This document shows positions 38,714 to 49,805 of a stretch of DNA of 61,492 nt, in pieces (the stretch's first letter is position 1; each line of letters starts with the position of its first letter). The position numbers and the translations under genes are program-made. The DNA is from Elusimicrobiota bacterium. GTDB lineage: Bacteria; Elusimicrobiota; Elusimicrobia; JACQJP01. Under the pieces are notes generated by a model. That model saw nothing but the letters and a program-made list of their open reading frames with translations, was not told where the DNA came from and searched no databases. The stretch is from positions 1 through 61,492 of the forward strand of contig JACQJP010000014.1 of the NCBI GenBank assembly GCA_016204975.1. Direction: 5' to 3'.

Positions 38714-40088
38714 CTCCGCCAGCACAGGCAAGATGACTGCGGAATCCGTCTGGGAACAGGTCCTCTCCTCCATCAAGAACGATTTAAACCCGGAGCTGTT
38801 TGACCTATGGGTCAAACCCATTGTGCCAAAAAACCTGGAGAACAACCTCCTGACCCTCCAGGTCCCCAATAAGTTCTTCTCAGACTGGTTGAAGGAAAGA
38901 TTCCAAAGCCGTATAGAGGGGCTGCTCAAGAACCTGACTGGCACAGACATCTCCCTGCACTACAGCCTCACCCAGGAACTGGAGGAGGTTTTGCAGAAGA
39001 CCCCCTTCTCTATGGATCCCATTGAAGCCCCCCCTCCTCAAAGTGACTTTACCCTCAGTGAGCTCAATCCCCGATACACCTTTGACACATTTGTGGTGGG
39101 AACCTCCAACCGATTCGCCCAAGCCGCTGCGGAGGCGGTGGCCAAAAGCCCTGGGAAACAGTACAATCCCCTGTTCATCTATAGCGAGGTGGGACTCGGC
39201 AAAACCCATCTCATGCACGCCATCGGACATGCCCTACGCAGGGGACAGCCTCGCGGCCGGGTGCTCTATAACACCTCCGAGCAGTTCATCAACGAATATA
39301 TCAACTCTCTAAGGGATGACCGGCCGGAGGCCTTCCGCAACAAATACCGCAGCCTGGATTGCCTTCTCATCGACGACATCCAGTTCTTGATCGGCAAGGG
39401 ACGCAGCGAGGAAGAGTTCTTCTACACCTTCAACGCCCTCTTCGACTCCAATAAGCAGATCGTCATTACCTCCGACCGGGCTCCTAAGGAAATGTCTCCC
39501 ATGGAGCAGCGCTTGATCTCACGGTTTGAGTGGGGGGTGGTCGCAGATATCCAACCGCCGGATTTAGAAACCCGCGTGGCCATCCTGCGCAAGAAGGCCG
39601 AGTCAGAAAAGCTCTTCGTCCCGGAGGACATCCTATCCTACATCGCTACTATCATCAAAACCAACATCCGGGAGCTGGAAGGCTCCTTGATCCGCCTGGT
39701 GGCCTACTCCTCCTTGACCGGCAGGCCCCTGACGGTGGATGCGGCCAAGGAGGTCCTCAGAGATTCCGTTTCCCAAGACGTTCCCTCCAGCCCCCTCACC
39801 ACCGAAGCGATTCAGAGAGTGATTGCCTCTCACTTTAACTTGGAGGTTCGGGACCTAAAGTCCAAAAAGAGAACCGATTCCATCGCCTTCCCCCGGCAGA
39901 TTGCCATGTACCTATGCCGAACCCTGACCGACCTCTCCACCACGGAAATTGGGGCGGCCTTTGGAGGTAAAGATCACACCACCGTCATCCATGCCCAAAA
40001 GAAAATAAAGAACAAGATACAGAGCGACCCCTATTTTATGGCTCTGATCAACCGCATCACCCAAGATATCTATGCACAGGCTGACTGA
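38706..40088 (+). CDS. dnaA: Chromosomal replication initiator DnaA (start may be ATG 38733)
   Basis: LNPRYTFDTFVVG, YNPLFIY, GLGKTHL, LLIDDIQF, NIRELEG, GGKDHTTV. Confidence 0.98.
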   Translation: MENSASTGKMTAESVWEQVLSSIKNDLNPELFDLWVKPIVPKNLENNLLTLQVPNKFFSDWLKERFQSRIEGLLKNLTGTDISLHYSLTQELEEVLQKTPFSMDPIEAPPPQSDFTLSELNPRYTFDTFVVGTSNRFAQAAAEAVAKSPGKQYNPLFIYSEVGLGKTHLMHAIGHALRRGQPRGRVLYNTSEQFINEYINSLRDDRPEAFRNKYRSLDCLLIDDIQFLIGKGRSEEEFFYTFNALFDSNKQIVITSDRAPKEMSPMEQRLISRFEWGVVADIQPPDLETRVAILRKKAESEKLFVPEDILSYIATIIKTNIRELEGSLIRLVAYSSLTGRPLTVDAAKEVLRDSVSQDVPSSPLTTEAIQRVIASHFNLEVRDLKSKKRTDSIAFPRQIAMYLCRTLTDLSTTEIGAAFGGKDHTTVIHAQKKIKNKIQSDPYFMALINRITQDIYAQAD

Positions 40089-40262
40089 ATATCTGGGGAG
40101 AAATTGTTCGCAGGGTTATAAAAATTGTGTGTTTCCTGGCCGAGCGTGGAAAGACTGAACTTTTCTGCGTGATTATCCACAGCGAATGACCTGGGGTTCC
40201 CGTCGGCCATCCCCTCCGTCCACACTGTAGGCAAGACGAGGAGGAAGAGGAGGAATAATAAG
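40089..40262. other. Probable oriC segment (dnaA-dnaN intergenic)
   Basis: Perfect DnaA box TTATCCACA 40173-81, degenerate boxes, short AT-rich stretch, strand-skew switch. Confidence 0.65.
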
Positions 40263-41383
40263 ATGAAGATCCATTGTAATCGGGAAGATCTGTCCAGGGG
40301 GGTACAGGCCATCCAATCCGCTCTCTCTGCCAGAAGTACCTTGCCGATTCTTATCAATTTTCTGATGGAGACCGAGGATTCGAAAATTAAACTGTCCTCT
40401 ACAGACCTGGAGGTTGGAGTCCGGCACTATCTAAGGGCAGAGGTGGAGTCCGGAGGCTCCGTGACCATCCCCGCCAAGAAGTTTGGAGATATACTACATA
40501 GCCTGCCGGATTCTGAAGATGTCACTATCCATGCGGATTCGGACAATAAAGTCCAAATCCGCTGTGGAAAGTCCCGTTTCGTGGTCATGGGGATGCCTAA
40601 GTCCGACTATCCCGTGCTGCCCGGCTTCTCCAAAGAGCAGGCCTTTGAAGTCTCGGCCGGGCTGTTGCAAGAAATGGTGCGTAAAGTTTCCTTTGCGGTC
40701 TCCGCGGACGAGACCCGTTACGTGCTCAATGGGATATACTGCGTGGCCGAAAAAGGAACCTGGATGATGGTGGCTACCGATGGAAGGAGGCTGGCTTTGG
40801 TTAGGAGAAAGGGAATACCCCCTCAACAACAGTTCAAGGTTATCATACCCACTAAGGCCCTACAAGAATTGATAAGGCTTCTCTCTGCTTTTTCGGAAAA
40901 GACCTCGAAGGAGGCTAGGGTGCTGACGTCGGTCAGCGACAACCAGGTGGCCTTCCAGATTCAGGAGACAACTCTCATCTCCCGCCTCATTGAAGGGAAT
41001 TTCCCCAACTACGAGCAGGTCATTCCCTCCAAGAGCGATCTCTCGGTTGAGATTCCGACGCAGGATCTGCTGGCGGTGACCAAGAGGGCCGCTCTGTGCA
41101 CGGCGGAGAGGGGAGGGTCCGTTCGATACCAACTCAAAAAGGATTCTCTAGGCGTCTCCGCCTCGACTCACGGGCTGTGGGAATTCGAGGATGAGATCAA
41201 GGTGGAATATTCCGGGGAGCCCTTCGAGATAGCCTTTAATCCGGGCTTTTTAGCAGACATGCTCAAGAACGTCAGCTCCGACAAGGTTTCTCTCAACCTC
41301 ACCACGCCGCTAAATCCCGGGCTGCTGCGGCCCTCTAATGACGCGGATTATCTCTGCGTGATCATGCCCATGAGAATACAACC

Positions 41384-41387
<4 letters not shown>
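40263..41387 (+). CDS. dnaN: DNA polymerase III beta sliding clamp
   Basis: STDLE, DETRYVLNG, ATDGRRLA, RLIEGNFPNYEQVIP, VIMPMR. Confidence 0.98.
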
Positions 41388-44232
<2,845 letters not shown>

Positions 44233-44254
44233 GCTCGTGACAGAGCCTTAGAAT

Positions 44255-46747
44255 ATGCCCCCAGTGACCGAGAAAACAAACGGAGCCTCTCCGGGACCGC
44301 TTCCGGCCAAGGTCATCGCCCGCGATATCGGGGAGGAGATGCGGTCCTCCTACATTGACTACGCCATGAGCGTCATCGTGGGGAGGGCGCTTCCGGACGT
44401 GCGGGATGGTTTGAAGCCCGTCCACCGCCGCATCCTCTATACGATGGAGGAGATGGGCCTGCGGCACAGCCGTCCCTACCGAAAGAGCGCCCGCGTGGTG
44501 GGAGATGTCCTTGGAAAATACCACCCCCATGGGGACATGGCTGTCTATGAGGCTTTGGTCCGCATGGTTCAGGATTTTTCTTTAAGACACCCTTTAGTGG
44601 ACGGCCAGGGAAACTTCGGCTCCGTGGACGGAGACCCTCCCGCCGCGATGCGCTATACAGAGGTCCGCTTAGCTCGAATCGCCGATGAGATTCTGGCCGA
44701 CATTGAGAAGCAGACGGTGGAGTTTGCCCCCAACTATGACGGCTCTTTGCAGGAACCGCTGGTGCTTCCGGCCAGACTACCCAATCTTTTGGTGAATGGT
44801 TCCTCCGGCATCGCGGTGGGAATGGCCACCAACATCCCTCCGCACAACCTGGGGGAGGTTTGCGACGCCCTGGTCCAACTCATCGGCAATCCCAAGCTTT
44901 CCGTCGCAGATCTGGCCAAGACCATCAAGGGTCCGGACTTCCCGACCTACGGTATCCTCCAGGGCCGCTCCGGCGTCCAAAGCTACTTTGAAACCGGGCG
45001 CGGGATGCTGCGCCTTCGGGCCAAAACCCTCGTGGAGCCGATTCGGGGAGGTAAGGAAGCGATTATCTTGACGGAGCTTCCCTATCAGGTCAATAAGGCA
45101 CTGTTGTTGGAGCATATTGCGGAGCTTGTCCGGGATCGCAGGCTAGACGACATCTCCGATCTCCGGGACGAATCCGACCGCCGGGGAATCCGCGTAGTCA
45201 TTGAGCTCAAGCGCGACGCCAACTCTCAGATCGTCTTGAACCAGCTCTTCAAAAATACCCAGATGGAGGCCTCTTTCGGGGTCATCTTGTTGGCCCTGGC
45301 GGATGGACGCCCTCGCGTATTAAATCTCAAAGAACTCCTCCAGCACTACTTGGAGCATCGCAAGTCGGTGGTGACGCGGCGTACCCGATATGAGCTCCAG
45401 CGCGCCCAGGAGAGGGCCCACGTCTTGGAGGGGCTGCAAGTAGCCCTGAAGTATTTAAACAAGGTTATCAAGATCATTCGGGAGTCGAAGGACGCCCTGG
45501 TGGCCCGGGGAAAGCTCATGGCCCGCTATGATCTCTCCCAGATTCAAGCGCAGGCCATCCTGGATATGAGGCTGCATCAGTTGACCCGCCTGGAAGGGAC
45601 GGCTCTCCAGGCGGAGCATGCGGAGCTCCTGAAGATTATTGGAAGGCTCAAAGGCATTTTGGGTGATCCGCGCAAGGTTCTGGGGGTGATTGAGGAGGAG
45701 CTGAAAGAGCTCAAGGTCAAGTATGCCCAGCCGAGGCGCACGCAGATTGCGGCCCGGGTGGAGGACTTGTCGGTGGAAGACTTGATTGTGGAGGAGGAGG
45801 TGGTGGTCTGTTTCACGCACTCTGGGTACGTCAAGCGGATGCCGGTGGACACCTATCGCGCTCAGGGACGCGGCGGCAAGGGTATCACCGGGATGCTTAC
45901 CAAAGACAACGATTTCGTGGAAAGGCTCTTCGTCACCTCCACCCACGCGACGCTGCTTCTTTTCACGACACGGGGCCGAGTTTACTCAGTCAAGGTCTAC
46001 GATCTGCCGGATGCCTCCCGCACCTCCCGAGGCAAGGCGATCGTGAACGCAGTGGCCCTGGGGGCGGATGAGAAACTGACTTCTTTCCTGGCGGTCAAGG
46101 GGTTTGAAGGAGAGAAGGATCAAAAAGGATATGTCGTGATGTGTACCCGCAAGGGAACCGTCAAAAAGACTCCTGTGGCTGAGTTCGACAACATCCGCAG
46201 AAGCGGCATCGCCGCCATCAACTTGGAGGAGGGGGACGTTTTAGTGGACGCCGCCTGGACGGACGGTTCCTATGAGCTTTTGATCGCTACGGTGGATGGA
46301 ATGTGCATCCGCTTTCCGGAGTCGGATGTGCGTTCCATGGGACGGGTGGCCAGGGGAGTTAGGGGGATCCGCCTTTCTAGCAAAGACCAGGTGCTGGGGA
46401 TGGCGGCCATCCCGGACAAGATGAAGGCCACCCTTTTGGCCGTTTGTGAAAACGGCTACGGCAAGCGCACCGACATCGCGGAGTACCGCGGCCAGCATCG
46501 GGGAGGCGGGGGGGTGATCGCCATCAAGTCCTCCGAGAGAAACGGGCCCGTGGTGGGCGCAAAGGTGGTCACCGATAAAGACGATGTGATGATCATGACC
46601 GAGCAGGGGATGGCCATCCGCCTCCACTGCAAAGAGATACGGGTTATCTCCCGAAACACCCAGGGGGTCCGGCTGGTCAAGCTGCAGCCGCAGGATCGGG
46701 TGGCGGCGGTGGAGCCGGTGGTGGCCGAGAATGGCCGGGGGCTCTAG
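44255..46747 (+). CDS. gyrA: DNA gyrase subunit A
   Basis: [29 protein letters not shown], GyrA-box QGRGGKG, beta-pinwheel repeats. Confidence 0.98.
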   Translation: MPPVTEKTNGASPGPLPAKVIARDIGEEMRSSYIDYAMSVIVGRALPDVRDGLKPVHRRILYTMEEMGLRHSRPYRKSARVVGDVLGKYHPHGDMAVYEALVRMVQDFSLRHPLVDGQGNFGSVDGDPPAAMRYTEVRLARIADEILADIEKQTVEFAPNYDGSLQEPLVLPARLPNLLVNGSSGIAVGMATNIPPHNLGEVCDALVQLIGNPKLSVADLAKTIKGPDFPTYGILQGRSGVQSYFETGRGMLRLRAKTLVEPIRGGKEAIILTELPYQVNKALLLEHIAELVRDRRLDDISDLRDESDRRGIRVVIELKRDANSQIVLNQLFKNTQMEASFGVILLALADGRPRVLNLKELLQHYLEHRKSVVTRRTRYELQRAQERAHVLEGLQVALKYLNKVIKIIRESKDALVARGKLMARYDLSQIQAQAILDMRLHQLTRLEGTALQAEHAELLKIIGRLKGILGDPRKVLGVIEEELKELKVKYAQPRRTQIAARVEDLSVEDLIVEEEVVVCFTHSGYVKRMPVDTYRAQGRGGKGITGMLTKDNDFVERLFVTSTHATLLLFTTRGRVYSVKVYDLPDASRTSRGKAIVNAVALGADEKLTSFLAVKGFEGEKDQKGYVVMCTRKGTVKKTPVAEFDNIRRSGIAAINLEEGDVLVDAAWTDGSYELLIATVDGMCIRFPESDVRSMGRVARGVRGIRLSSKDQVLGMAAIPDKMKATLLAVCENGYGKRTDIAEYRGQHRGGGGVIAIKSSERNGPVVGAKVVTDKDDVMIMTEQGMAIRLHCKEIRVISRNTQGVRLVKLQPQDRVAAVEPVVAENGRGL

Positions 46748-47225
46748 AGAGACTTCCCGGCGCCTCCCTTTTTGTTCCCTTCCCCACACCTCTGAGCTTG
46801 CCTACCAGGTCTGCGGAAAAGACCGCAAGGCGATTTTTCTCCACAGTGCCCAGGCCTTGTTGGACCTTTGGTTTGGGGAGAATCTGCCCGGGGGCGTCTC
46901 GGCTACTCCTCATAGAGTTCCACGCGGCGGGGCCCGGCCTACCGGGGCAAAAAAAAAGGTTTCCCTGAAAGGCATTGATTACGAAAACCTTCTGGTCAAC
47001 TGGCTCAACCACCTGATCTTTCTTTTCTCCGCCCGGGAGCAGGTTTCCATTCCGGTTCGTATCCTTTCCGTTTCTTCCCATCAACTGAAGGCCGAAATCC
47101 GGGTCCTTGCTCTGGACCGCAAGAGGCATCCTCCCGTCCGGGAGGTCAAGTCCGCCACCTACCATCGGTTGTGCATCCGCCGGGAAGGCCCCCTCTACCA
47201 AACGAACCTGGTATTCGACGTTTAA
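46731..47225 (+). CDS. Archease (RtcB cofactor)
   Basis: [27 protein letters not shown]-terminal VFDV. Confidence 0.88.
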   Translation: MAGGSRETSRRLPFCSLPHTSELAYQVCGKDRKAIFLHSAQALLDLWFGENLPGGVSATPHRVPRGGARPTGAKKKVSLKGIDYENLLVNWLNHLIFLFSAREQVSIPVRILSVSSHQLKAEIRVLALDRKRHPPVREVKSATYHRLCIRREGPLYQTNLVFDV

Positions 47226-47362
47226 GGTCCCATCCCCGCGTATCGCAGCCTCGCTCCGGCATTTTGTCCGGCTGTATGCCCGTGCCGGACAAAACACGGT
47301 TTTCTCCAGGCAATCCCCGGCCATCCGCCTGCGATAAGACTTTATCTTAGCGGGGATGGGCC
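47226..47362. repeat. Structured intergenic element, copy 1
   Basis: Outer stems CCCATCCCCGC/GCGGGGATGGG and TATCGCAG/CTGCGATA; core 47253-47316 is 58/64 identical to 52858-52921. Confidence 0.8.
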
Positions 47363-47564
47363 AAAGGTCCTACTAGAGTCGGGACTTTGGTCCTATGAGT
47401 ACTCTGGGTCCTTTTTCTGTTCTCCACTTCCCCTTTCGGCCTATGCTTAATTTGGGTAGTTCCTCTATAATACCTAAAGAGTTGACGGTGAATGTTTAAG
47501 TTTTGCGGAAACAATTTCTTGGTGGGTCCGGTTCACTATGAGGTCATAATATGGAGGTAATGCC

Positions 47565-48371
47565 GTGAGGAAAGTATGGGTAGGGATTGTGGGGCTTCTC
47601 TGTTTTGCCGTAGGGCAATCATCCTCGGAACGCTTTGGGCAACAGGTGCTGGATGACATTGAGTGGGTAGAAATCCCCGGCGGCTACTTTACCATGGGTT
47701 CTGAAAACGGCTCTTCTGACACCGACATTTCTTATGCGAAGCCCGCTCATGGGGTCACGATCAAGCCCTTTAAGATGTCTAAAACCGAGGTCACTTTAAA
47801 GCAGTATGCGGGCTGCGTGGCTGCGGATCAGTGTACGCCGATTGATACCGGCAACTGTTATTATTGGTCGGAGAAGTTTGCCGAGTTCGAAAATCAGCCG
47901 GTGGTTTGCGTGACTTGGCAGCAGGCCCAAGACTTCGCGGCGTTTGCGGGCGGACGGCTTCCCAGCGAGTCGGAGTGGGAATACGCTGCACGGGGCGCCG
48001 GTAAGAATGTGAGGTACCCGTGGGGTTGGGAGGAGCCGACCTGCGAGAGGGCGAACTTTTACGGTTGCGGCAACGCGACCAAAGAGGTTTGCAAGGCGCC
48101 GGAGGGAAACGTGAAGCTGGAGTCGGGCGGAGAACTTTGTGATATGGCCGGAAACGTCTGGGAATGGGTGCAGGATACTTGGCACAGGTCATATAAAGGA
48201 GCACCTGAGGATGGCAGCGCCTGGGAAGATTTAGTCTTCGACCGGGTCGCCCGCGGCGGTTCCTGGCTCATCCGCGATGCCAGTTACCTGCGGTCTGCTC
48301 TTCGTCTCTACTACGACCCCGGCGCCGGCAACTATGTCCTCGGGTTCCGTCTCGCGAGGTCAAGCAATTGA
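47565..48371 (+). CDS. Secreted FGE-sulfatase/C-type-lectin-fold protein, probable DGR target
   Basis: IPGGYFTMGS, MSKTEVT, PVVCVTW, RLPSESEWEYAARG, DMAGNVWEWVQD, RVARGGSW...GFRLAR. Confidence 0.9.
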   Translation: MRKVWVGIVGLLCFAVGQSSSERFGQQVLDDIEWVEIPGGYFTMGSENGSSDTDISYAKPAHGVTIKPFKMSKTEVTLKQYAGCVAADQCTPIDTGNCYYWSEKFAEFENQPVVCVTWQQAQDFAAFAGGRLPSESEWEYAARGAGKNVRYPWGWEEPTCERANFYGCGNATKEVCKAPEGNVKLESGGELCDMAGNVWEWVQDTWHRSYKGAPEDGSAWEDLVFDRVARGGSWLIRDASYLRSALRLYYDPGAGNYVLGFRLARSSN

Positions 48372-48384
48372 CACCCTCCGAGAG

Positions 48385-48411
48385 CTCTGGGTACCAGCCG
48401 GGTATCCAGAG
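48385..48411. other. Hairpin just downstream of the putative variable region
   Basis: CTCTGGGTACC-AGCCG-GGTATCCAGAG, 11-bp stem with one G.T. Confidence 0.6.
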
Positions 48412-48615
48412 GATGCCAACGTGCAGGTCCTTGGGCACTTGGACCCTCGGCGCCCGTGACCCTGCCCTTGTCCAAGCTATTGAGAGGATTATAGCGGCGC
48501 CGTCGAAAAACTGATCCTCGACTTTCCTAGTCCCGCCGTTGCCATTCCTAAACAGTCAGAAAAACGAGACCTCTTTTTGAGAAGAGCTTTCTGGCGAGGT
48601 CTTCTGGTCTGGGAC

Positions 48616-48644
48616 TTGACGTAATAAATTACGTCATATATAAT
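48616..48644 (+). promoter_or_regulatory. Sigma70 promoter overlapped by a palindromic operator
   Basis: TTGACG-17-TATAAT; TGACGTAAT-AA-ATTACGTCA perfect 9-bp inverted repeat 48617-48636. Confidence 0.8.
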
Positions 48645-48659
48645 AACGGGTGTAAAGAG

Positions 48660-49232
48660 ATGCTCCTCCTCGCATTGGAAAGGATGAAGAGGGACCTGTC
48701 CCAAAGGAGGTTGGCTCGGAGGGCAGGGATCGCCTACAAGACTCTGCAGCTTTTGGAGTCCGGCCGTGGCAACCCCCGGTGGTCCACTCTGGTCAAGCTC
48801 GCCCGGGTTTTGGGCGTCCCCGCGCAAGATCTAGGCCGGGCTGGCGGCAGCCGCCGTGCGGATATTGGAGCAGAGGCTTCGGTTTCGGAGATTTCAATCC
48901 AGATTTTGAGGGAGGGATCCTCTTCCTGGACCAAGTGGCTGTTTGAGTTCGTCGATGCCTTTAGGAAAAATCCTTGCTCTGGCCTTGCGTCCCGGGCCCC
49001 TGATCCGGGGCTTTCTCCGCCACTTCTCGCGCTTTTGGCGTCCGCGGTTGAGTTTTTGTGCGCGGAGCAGGGGGTTCCAGTCCCTTGGTGGTGCGCCGGG
49101 ATTGATCCTCTTCGCGACCCCTGGTTTGTTTCCGGCGTGGAGAACCTGAAGGCTTCGGCGCTGGTGGAATCCCCCACGCAATTTCGCCGGAGGAATATTT
49201 TTGTCCTTGGAAATTTTCTAGCTAGAGCGTGA
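48660..49232 (+). CDS. XRE-HTH protein with C-terminal domain, putative antitoxin
   Basis: LSQRRLARRAGIAYKTLQLLESGRGNPRWSTLVKLA; C-terminal LASAVEFL...PWW...PWF...FRRRNIF. Confidence 0.8.
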   Translation: MLLLALERMKRDLSQRRLARRAGIAYKTLQLLESGRGNPRWSTLVKLARVLGVPAQDLGRAGGSRRADIGAEASVSEISIQILREGSSSWTKWLFEFVDAFRKNPCSGLASRAPDPGLSPPLLALLASAVEFLCAEQGVPVPWWCAGIDPLRDPWFVSGVENLKASALVESPTQFRRRNIFVLGNFLARA

Positions 49233-49742
49233 ATGATGCTGGAGAAGGCGTTGATTAAAAAGTTGTTTAAGGCTCTCAACATTGAGCTGAAAAGGAAGGG
49301 TGTCGTGGGAGAGGTGGGAATTTGCGGCGGGGCCGTCATGTGCCTGGTCTTCGATGCCCGGCAGGCAACGAAAGACGTAGATGCCATCTTCTATCCCACG
49401 CGGGAGATCCGACAGGCCGCCAAGAAGGTGGCCGAAAGGTTTGGTTTATCAAAGGATTGGCTCAACGATGCGGTGAAGGAGTATTTTTACTCCGAGCCAC
49501 CCCGGCAGGAAGTCCTGAGTTTTTCTCACCTGCGCGTCTGGGCCCCTAGCGCCGACTACATGCTGGCTATGAAGTGCGTGGCGGCGAGGTTTGACTCTCA
49601 GGACCGTGACGATGTTCTCTTTCTAATCCACCATCTCAAACTGCGCAGTCCAGAGGCGGTGTTTTCCCTGATCGAAAGGTATTATCCCCGTCGGATGGTG
49701 CCGGCAAAGACCGGATTTTTTGTGGAGGAGATTTTCCAGTAA
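49233..49742 (+). CDS. Nucleotidyltransferase (DUF6036/AbiEii-like), putative toxin
   Basis: ICGGAVM...RQATKDVDA (GG...TxDxD), WLNDAVK, YMLAMK, DRDD. Confidence 0.8.
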   Translation: MMLEKALIKKLFKALNIELKRKGVVGEVGICGGAVMCLVFDARQATKDVDAIFYPTREIRQAAKKVAERFGLSKDWLNDAVKEYFYSEPPRQEVLSFSHLRVWAPSADYMLAMKCVAARFDSQDRDDVLFLIHHLKLRSPEAVFSLIERYYPRRMVPAKTGFFVEEIFQ

Positions 49743-49805
49743 GACTCCCTTGGAGAAACGATATAATGGGTCAGACAAGATTCTCGGGGGCTTGTCGTTT
49801 TTCTT

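Noticed and set aside
47226-48660. Complete DGR cassette
   Set aside because: No reverse transcriptase, Avd or AAC-rich template repeat found in the window
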